Shown here in pieces: positions 25,811 to 42,817 of a DNA stretch of 64,000 nucleotides (positions are counted from its first letter, which is position 1; each line of letters opens with the position of its first letter). The notes below the pieces were generated by a model. The model made no database searches and was not told the DNA's origin. It saw nothing but the letters and a program-made list of their open reading frames with translations. Made by a program: the position numbers and the translations under genes. Source of the stretch: Balanoglossus misakiensis (lineage: Eukaryota > Animalia > Hemichordata); NCBI GenBank assembly GCA_040954595.2, contig CM082597.2:3272265-3336264 (forward strand), in the 5' to 3' direction.

Positions 25811-26234
25811 CTTGTTACATCTGCAGAGCTGAGGAATTACACGATGTGAGAGATGTATTAAGAAGACACACAGTAACAGCCACCAAAACAATGTCGATCA
25901 CTGTAGCAGGAAATCAAGACACACCCCTGGGCATGAAACCATCGACAGTGTGCACCTTTCACAAGTACTAGTATGTAGAATGCAATTAACGTGTTCATGA
26001 TGAATCGCCGACAGTGTGTACATGACACTGCAATTTCTTGCGTCTGTAAACATCTGGCGATTGTGTTTTATATTATCAATATCAGTGTCGATTACAGTCA
26101 ACGCCTTCCGTCCGTATTTTATCATCGCGAACCGATCATCAGAGCGATCGCCAGCATAAAAACGATATTTGAAGTATTTTTCTATCTTGTCATATTAAGA
26201 AAACGGTTCATGTTTATGTTAGGGACATCCTTAC

Positions 26235-26567
26235 CTTGTAAAATCTGGATCAAATACTGATTCTGCACAAACACAGGTAGACTTTGCCTACGTCAACTTT
26301 AAACCCGGAAGTGTCCTGCAACTCCGAAATATTGAAGCGGATGTTTAAAGTAGTGCAATATTTTGAAGTCTAGAAACGATAAAAAAGGAGGAAAATTGAC
26401 ATGGAACGGTGGAAAAATCATGTTCTGAGAAGAATTTAGGTAGTAGGAATTGTACTGTTGGAATTTTTAAAGAGTATTTCTGCCTGCGATTTTTTCTCTG
26501 CGGATGAATCTATAAAGTAAACTTCTTGAGGTTAAAGGTTAAAGTTTAATATCCGGGCATTTTCAAG
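26235..26567. promoter_or_regulatory. Bidirectional promoter region UBE4A / PSMC4
   Basis: About 330 bp between the UBE4A non-coding first-exon donor and the PSMC4 ATG. ETS/GABP motif CCGGAAGT at 26305-26312 and YY1-like CAAGATGG over the PSMC4 ATG. Confidence 0.65.
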
Positions 26568-30554
<3,987 letters not shown>

Positions 30555-31789
30555 ATTGGAGGGTTTCCTGTTTTCGAGGACTCCAGGGGGCACTCTCTCC
30601 TTCACATTGAACTTGTTATAATAAGAGCTGAATGTTTTAACATGGACTCCAGTGGTCCTATGACTCAAGAACTTTCCTACAAACGCAGGCAGGGAATTGA
30701 TTCATAAATGACTGCAAAAAGTCAACAACATTTTGGGCTTAAATTACAGAATGAAAATGTCCGTTCAGTGGAAAATTCCTTTCCCCCAAAGTTCTCACAT
30801 GCTTTATATGTAACTTCAAGTTCAACCAACTCTCGTTTCACCATTTTCAGAAAATCCTGTTGGTTTCATCATGTCTGCACCATTTCAATAGAAATAAATA
30901 TTTTTTTTCTTTACATATACGTGCACTGTGGATGAGTTCTTGGGTTTGAATAGCAATGGGAAGTCAGTAGAAAGTGATTTCCTTGAGAAACGAGAGGTGT
31001 TATATAATATAGGTACATAGCACTAACATGTCTAATTCAAACATTGAAATGTACATACTGGTTGTCATACATGCAATGTGTGTGTGTCTGTGTGTGCTGA
31101 TCATTCCTCAGTCCTGACAATGTAGCACAAGGTCCCACACAATGATGGATATAGGCAAGCTGTCTGTTCTAGTGATACAAACAGAAGCCTTTCTCTGGCT
31201 GCATCTTCAGGCAACTCATAACTTTCAAGTGCTGCATTCATCTTAGTCGTGACAACTTGTCTCTCCAAGGAAATACGAAAGAAATATTGAAAGAGACGGG
31301 ATGATAATTTCTCTGAAGCCACTTGAGTGTCATTCATCAAACGGACATTTCCTGTTATTAACCATCTTCCTGTCATCAGGGAACGGAGGCGAGACGAAAA
31401 TACCCACTGATGCTATGGAGAGATACCTCCCTCCCTCCCACCCCAACCTCTTGTAAAAGTGTGTTTGTGAATGACATTTCTGGGGGGGGGGGGGGAACAC
31501 AACACACTAAACATACCAGAATTGAATTATCAGTTCAATGAAAAATAGAGATGAATTTAAACTCCACACTTATCTCACAACCACCAACACACGTACAACA
31601 AACTATCCATGTCACGTTTTCTGATCAAAATTACTAGTTTAGTCTCGGAGACTAACAACCCCCAGTGTATGATGCTTACCTCATCGATATAATAGAAATA
31701 TATAATTACACAGGAAATTAATAAAAAAAGTGAAACTTGTCTCTTAGGTGATACATCTATCATGACAGCATCAATGAAAATTTTGCAGA

Positions 31790-32085
31790 GTACACTTCCT
31801 GTTTTGATCAAAGTTGTCATGAAATTACTGATCTATTATCAGCTTTAATGATATTTCCAGAATTGTCATATCTGGACTAAAATCGTGTAATATTATTTTT
31901 TTCAATTAATGGCATAATGGGAAAGCGGATGTGTGACGTCACGAGAGCGAACACAACAACCACATAAAAACTTTTTACCCTGTTTGGCGACCTCGCAGCT
32001 GTGAATTGTGGGAAAATAGTGCCTACCACGCCCATCTCCGACTACGGTAAGAAAACAAGGAAGCATTAAAATCCAAAATGGCGGC
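31790..32085 (+). promoter_or_regulatory. CBL promoter / 5' region
   Basis: Palindromic CRE TGACGTCA at 31934-31941, ETS-like ACTTCCTG near 31793, YY1 consensus AAAATGGCGGC overlapping the ATG. Confidence 0.5.
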
Positions 32086-35000
32086 CGGCAGAAAAGGTGG
32101 CGGAGCGGGCAGCTTCTTCTCGCGATTGGCCGATGCTGTCGCTCCTCCGAAGCCTTCCGTGGACAGGAGGACGCTGGAGAAGGCATGGAAGCTGATGGAC
32201 AAAGTCGTCAAAATGTGTCAACACCCGAAAATGCACCTGAAGAACAGCCCACCGTATATTTTGGACATTTTGCCCGATACGTACCAGCACCTCAAGTTGA
32301 TCTGGTCGAAGTATGAAGATAAGCCGCACTTCTTGAACGACTGCGAGTATTTCCGTATATTCCTGGACAATCTCATCAGAAAGACTAAACAGACTATCAA
32401 ACTTTTTAAAGACGGGAAAGACAGGATGTTCGATGAGGGATCGCAGTACAGGCGAAGTTTGACAAAATTGTCGTTGATTTTCAGTCACATGCTCTCCGAA
32501 CTCAAGGGGATGTTCCCCAATGGTGTGTACGCGGGCGACACGTTTAGAATCACTAAGACCGAAGCTTCCGACTACTGGAAACGCTGTTTCGGTTCAAGGT
32601 GGGTGGATCGGGTTAGGTAGAGTATGTGTGTGTATGCAGAGCACTGTTTTGTTGCGTGACATTGGTGCGATCTTGTAAATTCTGGTGATAATTCGGGTTC
32701 ACTGTACCCCAGTGTCAAAGTGACATTTATACCCGGAAATGACTGGTGACGTGTTTTTGTGGGATGGCCTTACAGTAGTTGTTCGTTTGGTTCCGTCACC
32801 CGTGTCGCAGGTCACACGATGTTTGCAGTCTATTGTGTCGTTTTCGTTGACTGGTCAAACTGTGGAACATACATTTCGTGTGGAATGCCACGTTTGGTAT
32901 AATTTCTTGAGAATTTTTTTGGCAGTGCGTGATGTAAAAGTGAACTTAAATTTGGCCACTCCCCCCTGCATAACATATAGTCTAGGCAGTACTTCCACCG
33001 TTTAAAGATTACAAAACTGATAATAAATACAGACAGGTCAGTGGTCCAGGGGTCGTTTAGAAGTGCAGAATAGTTGCCTAGACTACCCCAAATCACTTTA
33101 TACGTATCAATCAGTGTTTTTGCTTTAAGGTTAGGGAACATGGGTAAATTATTCTGGGGAACCCCTTGTATCACTTCTGCTATCCAATATGTAATATACA
33201 TTCAGGAATCCATTTCTGTTCAGGTGTGTTAGTGATAAAGTTTGTGAGTACACGTGTGTAAGTTTCGACTTGTATACTGTTGCTCAGGCATGATACAATA
33301 CATTCGTGGGTTAATAACTGCGAACATGTACATTTCTCAAAATCATGTGTTTTGTGCAATCATTGTTCCTTTTTTTATGCACCTGCACATTGACCCTGTA
33401 CTACATACATGTACTTACCAGGTACAGTTTAGATAAGAAGACATAAATTATTATTGATATGAAGTATATATTATAGAAATAACATTAAACAATGGTAATG
33501 TTGAGTTATGGATTTTTCAGTAGCTAAATATTAACAAACTTATGGTGATATTATGTGTGCCATGAAATAAAATAAAATGTACATGTAATTTGTTATTTTT
33601 AAATCAAAAATGATGAAGTATGTTTGCCTGAATGAAATCAATGTGTGGCAATTTTTGTGTGTGACAAATTCAGTACAAATCTGAAAATGTTGTTTTGTTT
33701 ATTCGCAGAAACATTGTACCATGGAAAGTCTTCCGACAGTCCCTGCACGAGGTCCATCCGATCTCCTCCAACCTGGAAGCGATGGCGCTCAAATCGACGA
33801 TCGACCTGTCGTGCAACGATTACATCTCCAATTTCGAATTCGACGTGTTCTCGCGCCTCTTCCAGCCGTGGAGCTCGCTGCTGCGGAACTGGAACGCGCT
33901 GGCCGTGACGCACCCGGGCTACATGGCGTTCTTGACGTACGACGAGGTGAAGCAGAGACTCATGAAGTACATCAAGAAACCAGGGAGGTAGGTCAAAGGT
34001 CACACATCCTGGTACTTTGACTCAGTGCCAGTAGAGCTCATGGTCCTCCCAAACTTCCTATGTTGTCTTAAGTTCAACCGAAATAAATAAAAATTGCTGA
34101 GTCGACATTTTAGCAATGTTTTTTACCCTAACCCGATGACGAATAACATAGTCATACATGTCCTTAACCTGCCAATGCCACCCTAACCATGAACTGTAAT
34201 TTTCTGAAATTCTTGAGCATCGCCTCAAATACATGTGGTATAGCTGAAGCAAAGTTTTGGAATTCTGAGGGACCTATAAGTACAATGTCATGTCCTTTAG
34301 AATTGAAAACATGTGTGACTTAGATACATGTCAGATAGACTTACAGTACTGTTTAGTTTTTTGTCCCGGCTTATACCAATGTATAATTGAGAACTGAGGG
34401 TTAGATTGACACAGACAAACTGTAAATAAACAGAGTCTTAAATTCTAATGGGATCGGGCATTTGTTCCATGTCCTGAAATCAGACAAGAAATGGAGCACA
34501 AGCTTATGCTTTTTAACCCTTTCACCACCATGGTTCAGTCCAAACCCATTGTTATCTGTGGTAAGGATGGACCTCTAAAGAGGGAACTGGGGGTGAAAGG
34601 GTTAAAGTGCTTGAACAGCCTTGGGTTAGGGTGGAGGAACTAGCCGGAATGTTTATTTGAACTTGTTTATGTATGCATACCAGTACATCATGGGTGTAAT
34701 TATTTCCATTTCTTTTTAGAATGACTATTGGCTGGAGACCAGCGTACTGCTGGTCTTAGCAAGAACTGCACATCTTTTACTTTGAGTTATAGTAGCACTA
34801 GACTAACCTATAAACGCTATCACATCACTGTGATCAAACACATAAGACTGGACTATTGACCAGTGCAAGATCAACAAATATTATTCTGAGCGAGACAACT
34901 TTCAGATCATTCGCAACAAAATGTGCATAACATGTACTGATCCTTGTGGTATATACCCTACAAATTACTTATTGATCGTGCCTGAACGGAATGACCCGTT

Positions 35001-38000
35001 GCCTGGTATAATTCTGTACACAAGGAGATTGTGATATTTGGACATTGTACTTCCTTCAAGGGACACTGATTGGCAAGGGTCAGAAAATCAACAGAGTTTA
35101 GTATACACTACACTTATATGTCTGACTGTGTGTATTGTCTAGCTGTTTACTGGTTTCTTTATGATTTATTTATTTAATGTGTGCTCAACACAGGTATGGG
35201 GGATATTGGCTTCAGGCTAGGGGGTTCATTTGGCCCCATGAGTTTGTGCTGTGTAAAGGTACACTGTCTTATGTACAAATGTAGCTACAATATGCCCATA
35301 CATACATACACATACACCCACACACACACTGACACACACACCCTGAAAATTGACCATTTTCCGATGGGTAAGATCATTAGTGATTACTATGGTCATGCAT
35401 TGTTTATACATGTACATGCAGCCCGACCAGTCTAAACATGGATGAACCATACCCGTCGGAAAATGGTCCCCTCCGTATCATGTTGAGTGATGCTTCAAGC
35501 TCGGCACTTTTTTCCCCCCATAATTAAAAATAGTTCAAGAAGCCCGAGAATGCATCTTCTGCGATTATTTTTGTGAAACGCATTTATGAATATTCTTGTT
35601 TTTTGGTGGGCTGAAGCTCTCTCAATTTCATCACTGTTGTGGGCCATCGCCAGGGGATGTTTCTCAGACACTTCAGGTGTAAAATGCGTAGGTGTTGAAG
35701 ATGACTGTTTCTTAGAAATAAAAACTGGTTATATTGTGTAGTGTGGGCATAAGCCTGATCTTACATTGTATTGTGGTTTTCAGTAGGGAAATCAAACCAA
35801 GTGTAAGACTGGAGGATGGATTTTGCTTGACACATTCAGAAATTCTGTGGAAATCACTGAATTTTCTATTTATTTAAAAAAAGGGAACATTTTAACCAAA
35901 CAAAAAATGGTGACACAAAAATTGTAATTTCCTTCTTAAAAAAATTCTAAATGTGGTTATTTTCTACCTAAATCATCAAATGTGGTTTAGCGCATTATTG
36001 ATACATATGAAATTAGAATTAATTTACAGTATGTATTTCTTCATTGCTTCACATATAATGTCTGCCAAATACATGTACATCTTTTTTGTCAGTTGGGTAT
36101 TTTCTATTTTTCTGTAATTTCACACAACGCACGTAATCAGTATTAATCTGTAACCCATGGGTCACATGTGTTTGATGTCTATGAAATGGTTTCCATGGTA
36201 AGCCAACACCCAGATTTTTTTTTTCTGAGTGACTGTCGTGACTGAGATAAAATATTCTTTCATTTCCTGTTTCAAAGCCATAAAACGTACACTGGACTCC
36301 ATAAAATCAGTAAAGTTTCTAATGCACTTTACTGTATAAAACAACCGATATGGACCAAACCATGATGGTTAAGGGGTTGAGACTAACAAATACTGATGAA
36401 GAGATTGTGTGTTTTTTTGTTTCTATAGTTACATCTTCCGGTTGAGCTGTACGCGTCTTGGCCAGTGGGCAATCGGATATGTGACAGGAGATGGCAACAT
36501 TTTGCAGACCATACCACAGAACAAGTCCCTGTGCCAGGCATTGATAGACGGCAACAGGGAACAGTTGTAAGTAGCAGTTCCTATGTGGTTTTCATAAAAA
36601 GGGGCATGGAACTATTTGCTAGTGTACTAGTACAGCCAAACCTGTGTTAGTGGCTACCTCCCTCTATGTAGTGGAAACCCTGTCTATAAAGACCACCTGT
36701 CTATAAGGGAAAGTTTAGTCAAGTCCCTTGACTGGCCGCTATAGACAGGTTAGACTAGTACATGTAGCACTGGTTGGCAAAGTAAAAAGAATTCTTGAGC
36801 TCTCTATATATAATGCTAGTATTTTCAGACTGGATCTTGGTATTTTTGTGAAGACACCCCTATGCTTTTTTACTGCCCTCTTACATATAATTAAAATCAA
36901 TCAATCCTGCCCTCACATGACAGAACCACTTTGTTTAATTTCTCCTTCCAGTTATCTTTTCCCGGACGGAGAGGACATGAATCCGGACCTGACCAGCATC
37001 CTGCACAAACCGTCGGAAGAACACGTCCGAGTCTCGCACGAGCAGTACGAGCTCTACTGCGAAATGGGCACCACGTTTCAACTGTGCAAGATATGCGCTG
37101 AGAACGACAAAGACGTCCGTCTCGAGCCCTGCGGCCATTTGTTATGCACGCCCTGTCTTACAGCATGGCAGGTAAGTGCTATTTGTTGTGTCGCATGTTT
37201 TTTTTTTCAGGAGTTATCGATGTCCTAGGGAAAAGTATTTGTGTACCAGATTCATATTTTGCTACAATATACTGTAAAACTGATTATTTTAAAAAAAACG
37301 TGAAAAAAAAAATGTCGTTTAAATTTTTTTGGCATATTCTTGAAATACGTATCATGCTTTAAACTGCAGCAGGCGGACACATTGTTTGTTCATGAGCCAA
37401 CAATGCTGGGTACATACAGGTCCCATCTTGGAATAAAAATACATTGCAGTATTTGGAAGTATACCAAACAGACAGTCACAGCTCTTTAAGACTTCTTCTG
37501 CTGGCTTTGGGTAACACATTGGGTGGCTGTACTAACACATCACATAGCAGTGAGCCATTTTCATGATCCCTACATCACCTAAGTTACATCCTCGTAGTTC
37601 CGTTTGTAAGAATCCATCTGGTTGACAGCTGTAGTCAATAAATTGTCCACTGGACTACAAAAGTGACCCTTTCTCAAGGAATATTCTTGTCCCAAAATGT
37701 TGAATTTTGACAACGTCCCGAAGGAAGTACAAGGATGTAAGGTCACGTAAGGGTCATGAAAGTGACCTCATGTCGCATTCTCTCTCTCTCTGCGCGCCCC
37801 ATCAATGGGGGAAGTGGTGATACTGTCAATGTGTTTTACTCTCGCAAGCACTTTGCACTTCAGAAAAATAAACACACAATCTTTTTTTCACTAACGCTGT
37901 TGCTCTCATTTGCTGTTTCTTTCTTTCAGACACGCATGAATCAGAGCAAGGTTCGTATTTTCTCTTCAATTATTTACCCAACAATTGTATCATTGCGGCT

Positions 38001-41000
38001 CAAGTCATGCCGTCTCTTCTGCGTAATTGCTCTGTCAGCTTCTATACATGTACACCCATAAAAGCTATTTCATTCCTGTGTTTTCATGTTCATACAAATT
38101 CAACTGGACAGGGTACAATCAAAGAGAACGCACAAGGAACATGGTATCACAATTTTTGCATAACAGACTTGCATCACATAATTTGCCTAACAGGGTGATA
38201 ATTCTGGGTACTTTCTTGGCTTTTCTTGACATCTGCACATTCATCTCATATCAGTTCTGGCCTTCTTCAAAACAGGGCTATATATATAACCTCGGTACCC
38301 CTTGTGATATGGAAGTTATTGCCCATTTTCTGTTTGCTCTATGAAATGCAGATACAGGTCAATAAAACGAATTAATGACTTGTGTGTAGGCAGCATCACT
38401 AATTTATGCGAGGCAGGCACAAAACATTTCTGAAGACTGCCAGGAAGAACATGTATTTTAAAATATTAGGAACTATGTGTGGATTGAATAAATACTGAGA
38501 GGTTGACCTACCAGTCTACAGTGTCATTAACTTCTATTATTGCCCCTAAAGGCAGTGTGTTATCTGATGGTATTACCCCCTGACGGTCACTGTCTGATTT
38601 GTAGCCCTTACATTATCATTTCCTAATACATTGCACTAATTCCTATGTCAAGCATTCACTTGAAATGAATATTGTTATCATTTGATTCTCCAACATGGTA
38701 GCTTGTTAAGTAAACTGTCTTTGGTTTCCTATTAAGAAGAAAATAAATGCATTATTTATCAAATTATCGAATATTGCAAGCCTATCGGATGTTATCCGAT
38801 AACATCTCGAGGTTATTATCGAGACTTGAGGTCTGTACAGCCTGATAATGACCTGTCGTCGGCCATTGGTTACTGACCTGTGTTGTTCCTTGTCCACTGC
38901 AGGACGCCGACGGTCAGGGATGTCCATTCTGTCGGGCGGAGATCAAGGGCACGGAACCGATCGTGGTTGACCCTTTCAATCCCACCAAGGTCATCCGGTC
39001 GCCGGGTCCCGACGCGATCAAGGAGATCCGAAACAATATCTTCGATGATGCTGATGAAGACCATTTCGAGGTGAGTGTTATGGTAATGACTGGTCAGTGG
39101 TGGAAATCGCCAGGGGGTTAGTTGATATACTCTGGAGTTGACAAGAGTAGATATGGACCTAGTGTGGAGGCAATAATAGTTGATAAAACCCTTGAGTCAA
39201 CAAATTGGATATCAACCTCATGTCAAGCATATTAGGTAACACACAAGAGCCATTATTGACCCTGTTAATCGCTAGAATCACGTTCACTCCACATTGTAGA
39301 ATTAACAATATTTGATTAAAACACATGTCATGCTTTAGTCAATGGAACATTAATTCATGTTAAAATTGGACTGTTGATAGTAGTGTACAACTAGTGGACA
39401 TGACAGGATTTTCAGCCTGCCAGTGTCCATGAAATGTATTGAATGTACAACAATAGCAAACTGGACATGTGACAATTTTCCATTATCTTTGTGTTTGTAT
39501 CTGAAACTGTATCATAATCTGAATGTAACTTGTGTTAAAATATTGTATGTTAACACCTGTATCTGTGACGTGTATTAACATAGAAATCCGTTCCCCTGAA
39601 TCTTAATCTGAATGTGACTTTAGATTTGTCAATGTAATACTTTGTGTAACACCCACGTGTCTGAATCTGAATGTGACTTAGTTATCGTATTCATGTGTGT
39701 TAACACCCATTTTAGGACCCTACCCAGTGGGCTCCTAGCATAACTACCAATCAACAGTCTCTCAAGGTTAGTCTGTCTCTAACATTAATGAACTTGTGTT
39801 CACTGATCAGTTCTGTCATCTACATGTACTAAATGATTCCTTGTCCTTCCTTTGTAACTGTTTGTCATTTATGTGTGATTTCTCGTTTCTGGTTTTCATC
39901 TATCATCATCTCTCAAAAAATAGACTCTCACAAATAATGTACTTGATTGCTAATGTGTGTGTGATTGACTTTGAGCCTTTTGCCTCATCTACTGCTGTGA
40001 GTTAACACGCAACTGCAGTAAACTGAACCTAATCTGGTGCAATATGACACAAGATGATTTAATGTGAAAGACAAATTTATGCAGTAAAATGCTTGACTGC
40101 TTCTGAAACAGAATTATTGTCACTTGTAACTAACCCTTTCACCCCCATTTACTAATGGACCGTGCTGACCAGGCCATTGTACGCAATTGGGTCAAACCAA
40201 CAAGGCGGCAGAACAGGTAATACAAATAGTGACAGCGACATAACTACTGTAATTTTTGTCTCTAGATTCCGGGTGCTTCTGGGGGTGCGGCGAAGAGCAA
40301 AGATAGGGGGCCTCTACCACCGTTGCCACCACCCAGGAGGCCCACGCCCACATCTTCGCCCGTTCCGTCACCCCACTCGTCACCACAGTTGCCAAGGAGG
40401 AAAGTGCCGGACGCGGCAACGGCAGCGGCCAGTCCGAAACTTCCACCCAGGAATCCTGCAGGTCGGGAGAATCACGACGTTCTAGACACAACTCCAGATA
40501 CAGGTAAGAGATCACCCCTAATTTTATCGTGGTTTGGTCCACTGTTAATTGAAAGAGCATTGGCTCATTGGATTAAAGGGGATGTTATAGACATCCAAGG
40601 TAGTGGTTTGAGTCATGTGGACTCTTCTTGATTGTTATTCAAGAAAATACAAAGCCAAACATTGGGCACTTGTGAGCATACTGTAAAATGTAGATCATGG
40701 ATGCAAAAGTAGACAAAAACAAAATACAGAAATTTTCACCAAAATGTACATGTCTACTTCACAGTTTAATACAAGAAATAAACTGGACATAAACAAAATT
40801 CAGAAATTATCACCAAAACTCCCATGTCTCCTTCACAGTTACCCGAAACAAACTGACCGTAGAAAACAGCAGCTCATCGAGGTCTTGTCAAGTCACCCAC
40901 GACCTGGTCGTCCTGGATACGGACGCAGTCTACGACAAACTCTCGGACGCCATGACGGTGAACCCCACCCCCGAGGCGAGGAGTCAGGGTACGGCACCCG

Positions 41001-42817
41001 CTAAAATCTCCGAAGGAATGAAAGAGAATCCGCTCTACGAGAAGTCGAACACCGCGACTAATTACGAAGGCGTGGCCAAGCCGGCCGCGCCCATTTATGC
41101 CAGCGTGGCCGAAATGTATAACCCACAATGCATCTCTTCTTCTCATACTTCCACTAACAAAAAAATAGGTAAAGCACGCTTTCTGAGGTGGCCATGCAAG
41201 TCATGTTTTGTGTTTGTCATATTCATCCAAAATAACTGACTTTCATAATGATATCTCATGGCAAGTATACACCTAGAACTTACTGTTACCTGAATGCAAA
41301 ATGCAGATTAATCTGTGCTAATAAATTTCAAATAATTTGCCAATCAGCTTAAATTGTGGTTTGAGGGATGTCATATAAGGCTGACTTGATCAAAATGGAT
41401 TATTGAGACTTAGAGTAAGGGAAACACAAAGGTGAATATGTATGGCCAGCTGCGTATTTTTATTTTTTTTATTTTAACTTCTTGTGTGGTTGTTGAGTGA
41501 CATCATGGTTATTGGATAAAGTCATTTATAGATCATAAACTAATTCAACCTATGTTGGCTTCTTCACCCTGACTTCCTTTCTCTCCTCAAATAAAATCAT
41601 GATATTAAATGAATAAATCTTTTCTTCATTTCTGGTGTGTGCATACCTCAATAACTTTATAAAAATCTTGTTTTCTTTTTTTTCCATCTCTACTCTTCCT
41701 TCCTTTAAGACTTCAGTGTAAAGAAATTTCTTTCTTTTTTCAGATATTAACAGTCAGCATTGTGGGTTTTTTGACAGAGGCTGTTATTTCAAGTTTTGTA
41801 GTTAGATTGGGTGATAATCTGAAACATCTCGCACTAAGAATCAAAACCCAATTTTCTGTTGAGATGCAAATGATTCTTTACAACATGCTGGTAGTTGTTT
41901 TGGTTCTGTATGTTCATGGCAGCATATCATTCTCTCGTTTAATGTTAAGTATTCTTGACCTTGACATTGCAGGTCACAGCGTACCGGACGACTATGACGT
42001 CCCGCCGCCCTTGAGGAGGCTGGAGAACGACCCGCTTCACCCCCGACCTCAGCAGCCGCACGGAAACTTGCCAGCCATAGTATTATCCGGAGAAGATTAC
42101 GATTTCCCCCCACCGCCTCGGAAAGCTGTGCCAAATCCGCAGGAAAATAGTGAAGCAGTGAGTCTTGCTTCCGGCTCTCTCCTGGGATAGTAGTGTTGTG
42201 ATTATACAGTTTGATCTGTCTAAACCGAACCCTGTCTAGTCTGGAAACCTGTCTATACCGAACACATTTTCCCATCCCTTTGATATAGAAGCACATGAAT
42301 CAGACTAATATTTGTGTGTTTGCTAAGTTTGGGGAACATTGGTAATGGATTTGGGAACCCCGGTAACATTTCTACAACCCCCTCATATAACTACATTGAT
42401 ACACCCTGGGGAACCTCGGTAAAATGACTGGGGAACTCCGGTAGATTTTACCTAGGTACCCGCCCTTAACAGAAACGTGTTAAAAGAACCTCTATAAACC
42501 AGACAACTGAAGTTTCTTCAGTCCCTTTGGTGTACTGTTCAGACAGGTTTCACTGTATGTTTTCATTGTAATTTTTTTTTCAGAACTTAGACAGCGGACC
42601 GCAAGAAGACCCCATGTACGCCACACCGAAGAAGCGAAACGGGAAGACCAGCGCCCCGGAGAGGGGTGGCAGTGCCGCGGAAGCCCTGTCGGCCGTCGAG
42701 ACTCTCCTGATGGAGGGGTACTCCCGCGATGCCGTGGTCCGAGCGCTGGGCATCGCGCAGAACAACATCGACATGGCCAGGAACATACTGCGCGAGTTTG
42801 CGCCTTCCAGTCAGTGA
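32078..42817 (+). CDS. CBL: E3 ubiquitin ligase CBL, long form (TKB, linker, RING, proline-rich, UBA)
   Basis: Exons approx. 32078-32598, 33709-33987, 36429-36566, 36952-37171, 38903-39070, 39716-39766, 40266-40503, 40839-41168, 41973-42157, 42584-42817, with consistent phases. TKB motifs [51 protein letters not shown]; linker [10 protein letters not shown]; [14 protein letters not shown]...PCGHLLC..CL..WQ...CPFCR; PPLPPPRR; YDVP; [32 protein letters not shown]. Confidence 0.97.
34513..34605 (+). mobile_element. piggyBac-type MITE (85 bp plus TTAA TSDs), copy in CBL intron 2
   Basis: TTAA-CCCTTTCACC ... GGTGAAAGGG-TTAA terminal inverted repeats. Internal sequence is shared with the other copies in the window. 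Confidence 0.85.
36631..36760. mobile_element. Tc1/mariner (pogo/Tigger-like) MITE
   Basis: TA-CAGCCAAACCTGT ... ACAGGTTAGACTAG-TA imperfect TIRs with internal CCTGTCTATAA sub-repeats. Confidence 0.6.
37930..37950 (+). other. Candidate 21-nt cassette microexon of CBL (TRMNQSK)
   Basis: Branch point CACTAAC at 37889-37895, UGC-containing pyrimidine tract, TTTCAG| acceptor, AAG|GTTCGT donor. Phase 0/0, no stop codon. Confidence 0.6.
39515..39710. repeat. Degenerate triple repeat upstream of the small CBL exon at 39716
   Basis: AATCTGAATGT and TAACACC each occur three times with irregular spacing. Confidence 0.6.
40130..40220 (-). mobile_element. Highly degenerate relic of the TTAA MITE family
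   Basis: Starts TAACCCTTTCACCCCC; the remainder is only weakly similar. Confidence 0.4.
41744..41761 (+). other. Candidate 18-nt cassette microexon of CBL
   Basis: TTTCTTTCTTTTTTCAG| acceptor and |GTGGGT donor (same hexamer as the CBL exon 1 donor). Phase 1/1, open frame. Confidence 0.4.
42205..42557. mobile_element. Tc1/mariner (pogo/Tigger-like) MITE in the last CBL intron
   Basis: TA-CAGTTTGATCTGTCT ... AGACAGGTTTCACTG-TA. CCTGTCTA sub-repeats are shared with the 36631 element; internal GGGAAC..GGTA repeated four times. Confidence 0.65.

Noticed and set aside
38112-38143. Possible further small CBL exon ([10 protein letters not shown])
   Set aside because: Weak pyrimidine tract and a 32-nt length that would shift the frame.
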